From NCBI RefSeq assembly GCF_009914755.1, contig NC_060925.1: a stretch of DNA of 64,000 bases; one strand, given 5' to 3'. The stretch's first letter is position 1. Each line of letters begins with the position of its first letter. The notes beneath the pieces are model-generated. The model was not told the DNA's origin and did no database searches. It worked only from the letters and a program-made list of their open reading frames with translations. A program made the position numbers and the translations under genes. Shown piece after piece: positions 1 to 18,863 of the stretch. This DNA comes from the human T2T-CHM13v2.0 reference genome, Homo sapiens.

Positions 1-1457
1 CTGCCCACCATCTCTGTCCTCCCGCTCTTCATCCTTCTCCCATCACAGGGACGTTGGAGTGAGGCAACTCCAGATGCGGCCCATCACTTCCGGGCAGTGT
101 GGCCTTAGACAAGGGACTGCACCTCTTTGAGCCTCAGCTTCCCCGTCTACAAAATGGGACACATGGCTCCACCTTCATGGAGAGGTGGAGGTACGCAGAG
201 CTTCAAGCTCATGCCTGGTGCACATGAGCCCTCCACATACACAAGCCCTTCCCTTCCGCTTTCCCCACCACCCTCCATCCTCTTCTCCCCTCTCCTCACC
301 TTTGTTCCTTCCCAGCCCCTCTCTGTGCCTCTGTTTTTCCATCTGTAAAATGGAAATAATGCTACCTATCTTCAAGGCTGGTGGTGAAGATTAGGGGAGA
401 GATGTTTAAGCAGGGCCTGTGGTTTCATCACTCACTGGCCGTGCGATCCTCGTCATCCTGATGTCTCCATGCCTGGCACATAAACGGAAGTGGTTATTAC
501 TGAGTGGGGAGGGGTGTTGCGTGTGTGTAACTGTTTGCATTCATCTTAAGTGTACCTTTGGCTCTTGCGTCAAATGGCTTATGATGCAGGGGTATGCCCA
601 TGAAACCACCACCTGAATAAAAAATGTAGAGCATCTCCAGCACCCCAGAACGTTCTCTGTCCCAGTCACTACCTCCCCTCCACCAGCAGAAGTAACCACT
701 ATTCTGATCACAGATACAGCCAAAGTTGCAGGGAAAAGAATAGACTGAATGGGCAAAGGGCAGCCAGAGGACCAGGGCTGGGGTATCCAAGGCAGGGATG
801 CTATGGTGGACGTTTGGGGGTGGTGGGATGATGATAAGCTTGAGGTCTCAGGGGACCCCTTCTCTAGGAGCTTCCTGCTGCCAGAGGGAGAGGAAGGAAG
901 GCTGCCTTGTGGCTCGTGGTCACACGCATCTGGGGCCTCTGGGCTGGACCGGCCCAGCAGAGCTGAGACTTGGGCAGCTGCCGCCCCAGGCCCTTTGATG
1001 TGACAGAGATGGAGACACACGCATGCCCGGCAATTAATTAATTGTGACTTTCACCGCACAGTGGCCGCTTCCTATTGACCTCCGCCCGTCTGGAGTGAGA
1101 GAGACAATTAGGAGGGAGTGCAGCAGCGGCAGCTAATTACCCACTGAATAAAAACCGTGCCTTTCAATTTATTCAACTTTTATCACAAAAATAACCTGGT
1201 CACTCCCTCCTGCTGAGAAGCAAAGGAGGGTGCTCTAGAGTGGCGCCCCCAGTTAGCCCCTCACGGATGCTGAGAGCCTCAGGAAGTCATGGCCGCTACC
1301 TCATTGCCAAGGAAGATGCCCACACACACCTGGGTTCTGGGAAATGGGGCTGGGGGACCAAGAGCTGCTATGTCATCAAAAACAGCCCTCAGGTAAAATC
1401 AGGCAACAGGCCAAATGAAGTGAGACAGAGGGGGCTCCAAGGAACCCGGAGGCTTAG

Positions 1458-1958
<501 letters not shown>

Positions 1959-2289
1959 TAGCACCTTCAAGGGAGAGAGTGTCACTCCCATTTTACAGAT
2001 GTGAAAACTGGTGCTCAGAGAGGCAATGGTGCCAGCTCAAGGCCACACAGCACATGTGCTAATGCCTAGGGCAAGCAACGTCACCTAATCAGGAATGAGA
2101 TCTTTACCATGCAGGGAAGTGGTGAACATTTAGATACAATTAAAAAAAAAATGCCTGGCCCTGCATGGTGCCATCCATGATGGGAAACTGAGGCTCCAAG
2201 ATGGGGTTGCTTACTCAAGGCAAGCACATGGGCTACAGAGGGGCAGAGGGAGCAGAGGACTCCCAGCCAGCCCTCTTCCTGCTCCATAA

Positions 2290-2793
<504 letters not shown>

Positions 2794-3912
2794 TAGAGAC
2801 AAAGCTATTGAACCCTGAGAAAGGAGAAGGAGGCTGAGGCAGCACAGGCTCCACTGGGCCTAGAACCTGGCTCTCCAGGGTCCCAGTGCCCTCTCCAGGT
2901 GCCTGGGCAGAACTGCTGACCATGACCTGCCTCCAAGAGCGACTTGGCACTTACGCCCATCACCCCAGGCTGGCCCTAGAGTCCACCCCATGGGCGTTTG
3001 CCTCCTTTCCTTCCTGCCAGGGTCCACCCAGCCTTCAGAAATCCCCCTGCAGCCTCGGTTACTGTGGAGAGTGGGGGATGAGGGGAGGATGGCTTATCCC
3101 ACAGCTGCTGCCCAGATGTGCCAACTCCCACCTGGCTCTCCCAGCAACTACCTGTCTGCCTGGAGAAAGCCAGGGAGTGGGGGCTCCCAAGAAGGTTGCT
3201 CAGAAGTCCCTCTCCCTGAGGAGGAAAGAGCTGGGTCAAGGGCCCTTTGCATTGTTTGCCCTATGCCTCCACCCCAAGCCCCACACTAATGCCCAGGACA
3301 GCCTTGCAGTGTGGGCAGCCAGCAACATGTTACCCACTCAGTGGAGGGAGGCTGAGCAGCTGTCTCTAGACCCCAGGCACCTGCTTACTTTGGATCCAAA
3401 CTCCCTCTTGGGTCTCACTCTTCCCGTTAATTTGGCAAAGATTCCCTGAGCCTGCACTATGTATTCCTTTAATAAATTATGTCTGGTATTTAGTGAACGC
3501 TTACTATACACTTGTCACTGTTCCGAAGACATTGCCCTATTGACTCCATTAACTGTTGTCACAATCATATGAGGTAGATTATATTACTATGTCCATTTCA
3601 TAGACGGACATACTGAGGTGCCAAGAAATAAAGTAACTTGCTTGGTACCACACAGCCAGGAAGGGGCAGGGCCAGGATTTGAACCCAGTCTGTCTAGGAT
3701 GCTTCTCTGGTAAGTGACTGTCTTATCTAACTTGGAAAAGAAAGTATAGCAAGACTCAGGAAGCCAGATTACCTCTAATTCATTGCACCGGCACAAGGGA
3801 CCAGCTTTACTCATTAGACACATTTTACTCAGATAGACACATTCCAAAGAAAGAGGACTCTCATTTTTTTTTCCATTTTTGCCTTATATTCAAGAGAAGT
3901 CCATCTCAGCAA

Positions 3913-4510
3913 TATTTTTTTTTCAGTGACAGGGTCTCACTCTGTTGCCCAGGCTGGAGTACAGTAGTGATCATAGCTCATTGTAACCTCAAACTCCTGA
4001 CCTCAAGCAATCCTCCCACTTCAGCCTCCTGAGTAGCTAGTACTACAGGCATGCATCACCATGCCCAGCTAATTCTTGTTCTTATTATTATTATTTTTGA
4101 GACGGAGTTTTGCTCTTTTTGCCCAGGCTGGAGTACAGTGGTGCAATCCCAGCTCATTGCACCTCCACCATCTGGGTTCAAGTGATTCTCCTGCCTCAGC
4201 CTCCCGAGTAGCTGGGATTACAGGTATGCACCACCACACCCAGCTAATTTTGTATTTTTAGTGGAGATGGGGTTTCACCATGTTGGCCAGGCTGGTCTCA
4301 AACTCCTGACCTCATGATCCGCCTGCCTCAGTCTCCCAAAGTGCTGAGATTACAAGCGTGAGCCACCATGCCTGGACAAGCTAATTCTTATTTAAGAGAC
4401 GGGGGTCTTGCTGTGTTACCCATGCTGGTCTCAAACTCCTGGCCTCAAGGGGTCCTGCAGCCACAGCCTCCCAAAATGCTGAGATTACAGACGTGAGCCA
4501 CCGTGCCTAG
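3913..4510 (-). mobile_element. AluJ-like element interrupted by a nested AluS (about 4078-4378)
   Basis: TSD AGCTAATTCTT at 4067-4077 and 4379-4389, inside the linker of the outer Alu. Confidence 0.9.
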
Positions 4511-4605
4511 TCCTCTCAACAAGATTCTGAAGGAAATTCCCTATTCTGGAAGAGGGGGCAGTCACAGGTAACACTAGTCTAAGGTTTAAAATAATCAGAG
4601 ACAGA

Positions 4606-4720
4606 GGCCGAGTGCGGTGGTTCATGCCTGTAATCCCAGCACTTTGGGAGGCAGAAGCAGGCAGATCACCTGAGGTCAGGAGTTCGAGACCAGCCTGGCC
4701 AACATGGTAAAACCCCGTCT

Positions 4721-4771
<51 letters not shown>

Positions 4772-4782
4772 ATAATAATAAT
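4606..4782 (+). mobile_element. Alu left monomer ending in a (CTA)~17(ATA)n microsatellite
   Basis: Left-arm consensus; TSD AATAATCAGAGAC at 4590-4602 and 4783-4795. Confidence 0.9.
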
Positions 4783-5109
4783 AATAATCAGAGACCTAAG
4801 TGAGGGACAGACAGAGGGTGGGGGCTAGAGGTAGGACACAGTACAAGGAAAGTAGAGAAGGCTATGGGTGTGGGCGGGGGACATTCAAGATGAGTCTTGA
4901 TGAGCGAGTGGCTTTGGATGATGGAGATGCTGGGGAAAGACACACCAGGCAGGGAAAGCAAAGGCACAGAGCTCAGGGGGAAGCAAGGCGGCCAGTGGGT
5001 GATGGGCTGGGTGGGCCCTGGTTCCTGGATCATGGGCAGTTTGGGACCTGTGGATCCTGGCAAAGCTCTTGGGGAGTGGCGCCCATGGAGGTCTCAGGAA
5101 GGTGGTGAC

Positions 5110-5897
<788 letters not shown>

Positions 5898-6909
5898 TAG
5901 TGGGGTCTCAAAGGGTCAGGCTGGGGGTTCGAGACATGGAAAGAGTGGGAGATACGGCCAGGCTAGAATAAGCAGGTGAGATCCAAGGTCTGAGGGCACA
6001 AATGCTAACCCCAAGCAGCACAGTGAACGTAGGCTCAGAGCCAGACAGGCCCGGCTTCCAGTCCACGCTCAGCCAGCTCTTAACTGTGTGGTTTTAGGCC
6101 AGTCACTTGCCCTTTCTGAGCCTCAGTTTTCTCATCTGTGCAACAGTGATAACGCTAGTTATTTCTATTCTCTCACAGGGTTGTTGCAAAGGCCAAACAA
6201 GGTCATAAGAACAACTGTTTACTGCACGTTACTGCATGCCAGGCACTGAGTAAAGCACCTCACACATACTAATCCACTCAGTCATTGCAATATCCCATGA
6301 AGATGTACTTTTACTGTCCTATTTCACAGATGCGAAAACTAAGGCTTTAGGAAGGAAGATTCCACTGTGCGCCCCAAGGCTACACAGTGGGAAGAAGAGG
6401 AGTTGGGACTCAGACCTGAATTGTGAGAGGAGCCTATGAGCAACAAGGTGAGTCACTGCTGCCACCTCCTGCCTCCTCCTCTGAGAAGTCTCCCAAGATT
6501 GCTGCACTGGGGTGACTCTTGTCTTACCCACTGCTTGTTTCTGGGTGTCTCTGGGGCCCCATGGCCTGCTCAGTCCTGGAGTTATTCCTATGTCTGCCTC
6601 TGCAGCAGCATGCAAGCTCTCCAAAGGTACATCTGGATGTTTTTCATTTTAGATTCCTGGGTGCCCAGCCCAATGGCACAGAACCGATGAAAGTCTGGGC
6701 AACGTTGGAGTGCTCAGGCTGAGGACAGGACCCCGGACAGCTCCACTGGGACCCGTTAGGGATGGTGTTGCTAGAAGGGTTCTATGAGGATGTTGTCAGA
6801 GACAACGACAGCCCTGACAAGGTAAAGGGAGGAGGGGAGGGTGATGAAGACTATGAGGACAACAATGTTCATGTAATAATCATTCTCTAGTGGGTTCATC
6901 CTCTGCTGT

Positions 6910-7270
6910 ATCCGTCAAGAGAAGCTCGGTTATGCTGCAGTAACAACTGTATCACAGGGGCTTAACACCACAAAGCCTTACTCTCCACTCCTGCAAAGCC
7001 TGTCGTGGGTCTGGGTGTCTCTCCAGAGCAGTTGTCCCTCATGCAGAACCTCAGCAAGCCAGGCCACTTGAATGCCGTGGCTCCACCCACGGCAGTGCAA
7101 GGACTCCATGACCTCTGCAGCAGAGCAAGAGCACGGTGACAAAGACCAAGGTCACCCAGGTGAGGACAGTGGTATTCAGATTCAGAGCCACTTCTCTGAG
7201 CCCCATACCTATTTTTCCCTCTGCCATCCCCACAGTGTCCCATGGAAGGGCTGCAGGTGTGCTGGAGACC
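6910..7270. mobile_element. MaLR LTR fragment (MLT1J/I-like)
   Basis: GGTTATGCTGCAGTAACAAC...GGCTTAACACCACAAAG resembles an MLT1 end. Confidence 0.5.
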
Positions 7271-8935
7271 CTCAAGGTGAGCCCCACCCCTACTCCTATT
7301 CTGACCTCCCAACCCCCCTAAACCTAAAGGCCCAAGCCCCTGCAGCCGGGCCATGTTCCCAGAGCCTGTCCCTGGAAGCAGCAGCGCTTCCTACTCTGAC
7401 AGCTTTTTGCAGGAGCAGGAGGGGTTCATTTGCATACTATAGGCTCATTTGCATACTACTTAGGAAACGCCTTCGCTTTTTCCCACCTGCAGCAAACTCC
7501 AGGCTGATTAGTCCTCCCCACGTTGGAGAGTTAATTACTCTCCTGCATAGACCGGGTGTTTATTTGTAATCAGCAGAGGGCTGGGAGAGGGGGGTGCGGA
7601 CAGGGCAGTGGCAGCTGTCATTAGCCCAAATTCCCGAGCGGCTCCACGGGTAAAAAAAAATGAGGGCGAGCTCCTGCATAACACGACCTGCGCTCAAATC
7701 CCAGCACAGGACCTGCGCACCATGTGACCCTGGCCATGCCCTGGGCTCCAGGGAAAGGAGAAGGGTTGATTAGAGCTGGGGTTAGGGGACCGTTGGACAA
7801 AGGCCCACAGTGAGCCGCCGCAGGGCAGACAGAGGCTCAGAGCCTCACAATGAAAAAGGCAGCACCCCGCAGACCCAGCACTCTGGGAGAAGGCTGGGAC
7901 GGGACCCCTTCCAGGACCATCCTAGGGCAGGGCTTGTGGGCTGGAGACTGGACCTCTCCTCTGTGTGACACAGGTGACTCAGCCCTCTGCATCCCCCATC
8001 AGTTCATTAAGAATGATGGCAGTAACCTCACCAGCCCCTAAACAGGGACTCTCAGGAGCCAGGCAGGGGCCTTGGAAAACATACATCTCTACTTAGATGT
8101 AAGAAATACGCCTGAATTCCAAGATTGGAAATGGTCTCAGCCTCTGGGGAGATTTAGGGACCTTCCCTCCCTCCTACCCCCACCCAACTAATGTGGCCTT
8201 CTGGCTTTGCCCCCTCCATGAAGGCATTTCTCTCCCCTCCGCAACCCCCTGCGCTCTGCCTCTCCCTCATTAAGTCATTTCTAAACCCTCCAGTGCCTCT
8301 CCCCACTTGTCAGATACCAAAAGGTCATGTCCAAAGGTCCAGGGCAGGCCCAGCTAACGTGCCAAGGTTGGAAAGACACTTGGTCACTGTCAAAGCCCCA
8401 GAAAGGGGCTGGGCTGCCAGCCTCAGCTCACTCAGGGCACCTGTTTAAATACAGAGGCCCCACCCCGAGCCTCTGAGGTTGTAGAGAGCATGCAGCTTGG
8501 CAGCGGTGTTCTTCCCCAGCTCCCCCAGGTGACTCTGCTCCAGGGACCCACGGCTTCGGTGCAGCTCCCTCCTATTTACAGCAGAGAGGCTGAAGCCCAG
8601 GGGGGTGATTTGTCCAAGGAATGGAAACCAAGTCCCCTGCCTCCAGCCCACAGTGGCCTCTGCTGATAAAAAGTCTGGGGCAGTTAGAGACACCCCAGAA
8701 GGCAGCCTTCCATGGTGATGATGTGGGAGCCATTGGGGGGGAACTGGGCTGAGGTTCTGGCCAGCCCATGGGAGCAGTAATCTTGGCCCCTAGGTGGGTG
8801 GGTGAGGCTCACATCCCCTTGGGATGCATACAGGAACACCCTCGCACCCTCACCCCTCCCTAGATGGCTCTTGCCAGAGAGCCACAGGGAGCGGGGGTAA
8901 TAGCCACTTATACTTATAGCCTGTGTGACCTACGG

Positions 8936-9064
8936 AGGTTGCCAGATAAAATGCAGGCTGAATCATTGTTTTAGCGTAAGTATATCCCATGCATACTATT
9001 GTTTATCTGAAACACAAATTGAAATGTGCATCCTGAATTCTCATTTGTTAAATCTGGCAAACCT
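8936..9064. mobile_element. MER53 (hAT-type MITE, internally deleted) inserted in a MIR
   Basis: TIRs GGTTGCCAGAT...ATCTGGCAAACC; internal GTTTATCTGAAA; MIR halves on both sides. Confidence 0.75.
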
Positions 9065-9371
9065 AGACCCATGCGCAAGTCATTGCACCTCTCTGAGCCT
9101 CAGTTTTTCATCTTTGGAAATGAACCAAAATACCACCCTGTAAGGATCTCATGTCGATTACGTGAGATGATGTTAAATGCCTGGCACGAGGGAAGTAAAT
9201 GTGTGAAGCTGGCAGATCTCGCCCTCGGAGTCCCCATACTCAACACGTTCATCTCCTCTGTACTCCTCCCCACCCCTTTCAGGGTTGCTGTTTCAGACCC
9301 CAATCTGCAGGACGGATGCCAACGGCACACTCTCAGGAAGGTAACCCAATGTGGTAGAAATAACTATTCCA

Positions 9372-9840
<469 letters not shown>

Positions 9841-11329
9841 CTATTCAATTTACCGGCTGTGTGACCTTGTGTGAGTCACTTACCCTCTCTGAACCTCAGT
9901 TACCTCATCTGTAAAAGGGACTGTCACCATGCCACCTCCCCGGGGATTCTGATGATGAAGTGAGGTCGTGTATTAAGCACCCAGTAGGAAGTCCAGCATT
10001 CAGTAGGGCTCACAAGGAAGAGCCTATTAGCATCTTGCAAACATACCACGGTGAAGCATCAACCTCAAAACACCCCAGAGAGGACAAGGCTTACCCTGTG
10101 GAAAGAATGACTACAGGAGGAATTTCAGGTCCTGTGATGGGCAGATGAGGGAGATCATTTGCACTCCAGGCTCTCCCTGGCCACTCTCTTGTGACCCTCA
10201 TGCCTATGTGAGCTCCTTGGAAGCTAGCATCTCCCAGCAACCTGGACGTCAGTCCCAGCCCTCTCAAGGTGGAGGTAATACCTCCTTGTTGGCTCCCACA
10301 GCCCGATCTGTTTGTTTTCCAAACTCTTAGTCCTCTTAATCTTTTTACATCTTACCTGCCTGGTGGCTTCCGGCTATATTTGCCTGTGGGGAATGTCTCC
10401 AGAGCAGCTCCACCCAGTTCCCCTCCGGGCTGGGCTGCCTCCCTCACAGGCATTCAGGGTGTTGGCTTCCAGCTGGGGGGCTTTATTTCTTCCTATTTTT
10501 CTTCACTCTCCCCTGCCAATAAATCTTTTCTGTCTTCTTTTTTTTTTTTTTTTTTTTTTTCCAAATTTTCTTTCATGCACCGGCCCTCTGAGTGCCAGGT
10601 GAGAGTAGGAGGAGGTAAAACATTGTGCTAAGAGCCTACTGTGTGCCAGAGACCAGCCGCACTACTGTCTGGAAGCCTGGCATAGTTTGAGGTCATCATT
10701 CCCAGTTTATAGGTGGGGTGCTAGAGCCCCAGACACAGGAGGTTACTCGTGCAAGATCACACAGCCAAAGAGAGACACACACTGAATTTGAACACATGCT
10801 GCCTCCATCTCCGCAACAAATGATCTGTTGTTTACAATCCCCTCTGCGTTTCATAAAATAATCCCAAGAAGTGCTTTTATCTGCCAAGAAAAGTAAAGAA
10901 TAAAGAGTGTGCACAGACAACACATGGCAGTTCTCTCACACAACAGCTCCCTCCCCAATTCCAAATGCCTCCCCCAACCACTTGCTAACAAAACCCTGAT
11001 CTTATTGGGTGGTGGGGACAAAGAATGGAAGGATAGACCCCAAAAGGCCCAGAAGGAGGGTTTTGCAAGAAAGGCGAGACTAAGACAATCTCCATAATAA
11101 AGAACAGAGAGCAGGAGAGTCAGGGAGAAGGAGGAACAGTGGCTCTGGGCAGAGGGGCCGGGAGATTTTTTTTTTTGCTGGAGACAGGAAGTTGAAGACA
11201 GAGGTCTGGAGGAGTGGATGGAAAAGAGCAAAGAGCACTGGTGTCAACTCTATGCCTCCTTCCTGGTGTTCAAATGTACAGCAGAGAATTGAGTGTATCT
11301 GTTCACAGGGCTGGGTGGGGCAGAGGACT

Positions 11330-11785
11330 TGCACCAGAATGTTCTTAGCAGCTTTATTCATCATAGCCCAAACTCTGTACCAACAGAAGGGACAAACAAA
11401 GTGTGATACTGCATATGCATACGATGGAATAGCACTCAGCAATACCACGCAAACTGACACACGTAACACAGATGCATCTCACCGGCATGCTCTTCAAAAG
11501 AAGCCAGACACAAAAGAGCACAGGCCGCATGATTCCATTGACATGAAGTTCAAGAACAGGCAGAAGGCACCAATGGTGAGGGAGAGCAGAACACCGGTTA
11601 CTTTGCGGGTGGAGGGGAGCACTGTTGACTTGGAGGGTCACGGCCGCCTCGCTGGGGAGATGGATACTCTGCACTCTGATCTGAGTGGTGGTAGAGGGCC
11701 TGTGCGTGCAGGTGTAAGCTACTGAGCAGTGTGCTTGAGATGTGCACATTTTACTCTGTGCAAATTATGCCTCATTTTTTTTAAA
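11330..11785 (+). mobile_element. Old L1 (L1ME/MC-like) 3' fragment
   Basis: AGAATGTTCTTAGCAGCTTTATTCATCATAGCCCAAA and AAGAAGCCAGACACAAAAGAGCA. Confidence 0.7.
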
Positions 11786-11881
11786 AGAAATATACAAGCA
11801 CCTTAGAGTCGCATTATATACACACTTGCCTATCTCCACTTCGCCTAATAGGACTCAGAGAGAGAATCACAATTTAAGTAA

Positions 11882-12191
<310 letters not shown>

Positions 12192-13659
12192 AGGGGATAC
12201 TGTCTTCTAAGAGCCTATTTCTGGAGGGACCGTGGCTGGGAGAGTTCTGCTGTCCCCAAGTCTGCCTCCGCTCCTGTGAACCCCTCATGATCTAAACACC
12301 TCACCTCCAAGGGTGGCTCCAGTCTCCAAAGATTCAATTCCTTTGTGTGTGAGTGGTGGGGGAATTGGTTAACCTTAACCAACTGGTACTCAACTGAAGA
12401 AAAAGAAATCTGTTCTACTATTGGAGCCAAAACTGACAGCAAAAGACTATTGTGAAACGGTAATACAGTCTTTCACGTGGCGCTGTTTGAAGAATTTTTC
12501 CACCATTTACAATGGTGATACTCACCATTTACAATGTTTGCCTCGTATGCCGATTTTGCAACACAACCCTTGAATGGGATGTGACTGCCATAAAGAATTC
12601 AAGTCATTTAAAAATTACTTTTTGGTTATTTATTTGACCTTTGATCCCACTCTGAGACTGAACCTCATGGATCATAACTGTGCAAGCATGGCTAGGAATT
12701 TCCTCTCTTCCCCACATCTCCTGCCTCCCGTCTAGGAGTCTGGGCTCTGGAGAAATGGAAGAATATGCCCTTCCTCTCCGCCTGAAGGTGTCCCTGTTGT
12801 GACATGCACAGGGCCATTGCTGACCCTTTTATTTCTCACACTAATGATATGCGCATTAGTATCGATGTCTTTTATTTCTTGGGAAGTGTTTATACTCTTG
12901 CAACAGCCTGATAAGTAAAATCATCCAACACTTGGAAATAAGGCAAATAGATAACCGGTGTCCTTTCAAAGTCAAATGAGAGCTGTATCTAACAAACCCT
13001 GCTAAGGGTCATCTGACACTCTAGGGGAATGTCACTTGGCTTGACTTATTATTTACTATTGATTAGAGCCCAGATTCAGTAAAGATAGCTGTTAACTGGT
13101 AGAAAACTGTTAAGTTGCAAATTATTTTTGTCTAGTAGAGATGCAAATGATTTCTTTTCAATAGAGAAGATAGCCCCAACATGATGATTTTATTGCCCTA
13201 TAGAACACTAACCAGTTTTGTATCTAATTTAGCAATTTTATGAATATTCCAGAATTCTTGTTGTTTTAACTGACTCTCTCTGTCTCCATATATAGGTATA
13301 CATATATATTTTTTTCCATATCCATTGAACTAGCTTTGTCACCCAGCTGGTTCCTCCATTAACAACCTACAAGAGGACACTGACACATTCCCACACTGTA
13401 TTTCTATAGGAACTGGGTATTCAATATTTTGAAAACTAGACTTTGAGAAGCTTTTCACAGTATCTGATTTTTCCTCTTGCCAACTCTTGCCCCTGTCTGT
13501 GTGACCCTGGGCAAGTCTTTTTTTGTCTCTGGTCCTTTGTGTCTTCAGAGTAAAATAGGGCACGCAGGGCTGGCGTTTCTGCCTCGGGCATGTCATGTTT
13601 CTAACTCCTCTGGCAGGCAAGCAGGGCTGACGCAATGCAGTCAAAGAAGATGGATACTG

Positions 13660-14366
<707 letters not shown>

Positions 14367-15027
14367 TCATCTTGGTAGATGGAGAAAGTGGGGTTCAGAA
14401 AGATGAGATAACTTGCCCAGGGTCACACTGTGAGTTAGGTATGGGCTGAGCAGATGAGATTCCAGCTCCACGAACTTTCTGAATCCAGGGAGCATGGGAG
14501 GGGCTGTCAGGGGGAGCTCTGGGCCCCCACCCTTCAAGCCAGTATCCCCATTTTTATCTGTTTGACATACATCAGATGCCACACAAGATTGCAAATGAAA
14601 AAGAAGTCCCCAAAGCTCAAAAACCCTGGCTCTAGACCATCCTTCATCTGCCCACTTCAACAGCCTTCCCTTATCTCCTCCCTCCTCCTCCTCTTTTCCT
14701 CCTCCTGCCTCTGGCAAAATTTTCAGAAAACAAACAAACAAACAAAAACATGCTCATGAGAAGAAGCAGACAGATGTGGTCAGCCCAGGCCTGAACACAT
14801 TGGTCTCCAGTCTGGGAGAGACAGAGCCTCTCTATCTAAAGAAAAGCATTCTCAGGGTCCAAGCTGACAATGATGCAGTGTGCCGTGCTGACAGGTAATG
14901 AGCATCCCATCAGTTAAGGTGAGTAAGGCTAGATGATCTGTTCAAACACTAGCAGCAATTGTCTCTAGATGGTAGAATTCACAGGCTTTTGTTGCTGGGT
15001 TTTGTTTTTTGTTTTTTTTTGAGATGG

Positions 15028-17058
<2,031 letters not shown>

Positions 17059-17529
17059 TTGCTGTTTTTTTAAATGTTGGCAAAAGCTAGTGACTAAGTG
17101 TTCACCATGTGCCAAGTGTTTTGTATGTGCAAGTCATTAAAATGTTATAATAATCAGATGATATAGGACCCCGTTCCCAGTGTACAGATAAAACTGAGGG
17201 CTCAGGAGGTCAAGTAATTTCCCAAAGACATGCAACTAGGAAGCAGCAAGTCTAGAAACAGATTGCTGTGCTTCCTTCTCACCAATGCACTGTTCTTTCT
17301 TCTTTGTATTTTCCAAGCTTTTGGCAATGAATTGCATGTCACTTTCATAATCATGAAAAGTCCTACAAGGGACAGATTTTTTTAAAGATTCCTTCCGCTC
17401 TGGTGTTCTGTGCTTCGCTGGTTCTCAGAACCTCACCCTGCACGGCCTCCACCCCACATCCTCACAGGCACTGGCCTCACTGCCCCCACTCCCACACCAG
17501 CTGTTGCTGGGGCAGGACGCCCAATGTCC

Positions 17530-17650
17530 CAGTCTTGCTGAAGTCTGCTTGAAATGTCCCTGGTGAGCTTCTGGCCACTGGGGAAGTTCAGGGGGCAGGT
17601 CTGAAGAAGGGGAAGTAGGAAGGGATGTGAAACTTGGCCACAGCCTGGAG
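17530..17650 (+). promoter_or_regulatory. C1QA TATA-less myeloid promoter
   Basis: MARE-like TGCTGAAGTCTGCT 17536-17549; PU.1-type AAGAAGGGGAAGTAG 17604-17618; EICE-like GGATGTGAAACT 17623-17634. Confidence 0.65.
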
Positions 17651-17727
17651 CCACTCCTGCTGGGCAGCCCACAGGGTCCCTGGGCGGAGGGCAGGAGCAT
17701 CCAGTTGGAGTTGACAACAGGAGGCAG
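17650..17727 (+). other. C1QA: C1QA non-coding exon 1 (5' end approximate)
   Basis: Ends in donor CAG|GTGAGG at 17727/17728. Joined to 18635 it gives ...ACAACAGGAGGCAG-AGGCATCATGGAG, matching my recollection of the C1QA mRNA leader. Confidence 0.85.
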
Positions 17728-18506
17728 GTGAGGCCAGAGTCCCAGAGGGAGGGGGCTGCAGAGTTCTGGGACCCAGGGGAGCTGGCCCAGGAGGCTGGGC
17801 AGCTGAGGCAGGGAGGGAGGGAAATAACTGTGCCTGATTCTAGGACAGGGATGGGGGTGCAGCACTGATCCAGGACCCAGAATGGGTGAGTGGAGGGACC
17901 TTAACTCCTTGAGCCAGGGCTTGGGGGAGGGTGAGAGGCGATGAGTTAGACCTAACAACTGAAGGGTAAGACCAGGGTTCCTGGGTCCTGGCCCCATAAC
18001 ACATAAGAAACCAGGAAAAGCCTGGGGTGCTAGAGCTGGCAGTGGGACCCAGCAGAGGGGACTGTAGGGGCAGCCAGTCACCCATGCTCAGGTGGATGCT
18101 GAAAGGCGCTGAGCATGCAGAAGAGTGAGCAGGTGTCGCTTTGGGCGTTTGTGAATTCCTGTGTGTATGCAGAGCTCCACCATCTGGGTGAGCCAGTGTT
18201 AATTAAATAAGGAGCAGGCGCTCAATACATATTTGTTCAATGAAATCGATTACCTGTGGGAGTGTATGAATGTGTGTGTCCGTGCAAGTGAGGGACAGGG
18301 TCTATTTGGGTATCAGTTGTGTGTCTAGGGGGGTATAGTGGATTTCTGAGTTTGCCTACTGTGTTTTGTAGGTGCGTGGATGAGAGCTGTGTTTGTGTGA
18401 GTGTGTGAAGATGTGGGTGTGCTCTGTTGCATGTGTGGATGTGTGTGAGTTTGTGGTTCTGTGTATATGCGTGGGGTCCTGGGGCTGGATTGAGAGTGGA
18501 CATTGA

Positions 18507-18863
<357 letters not shown>

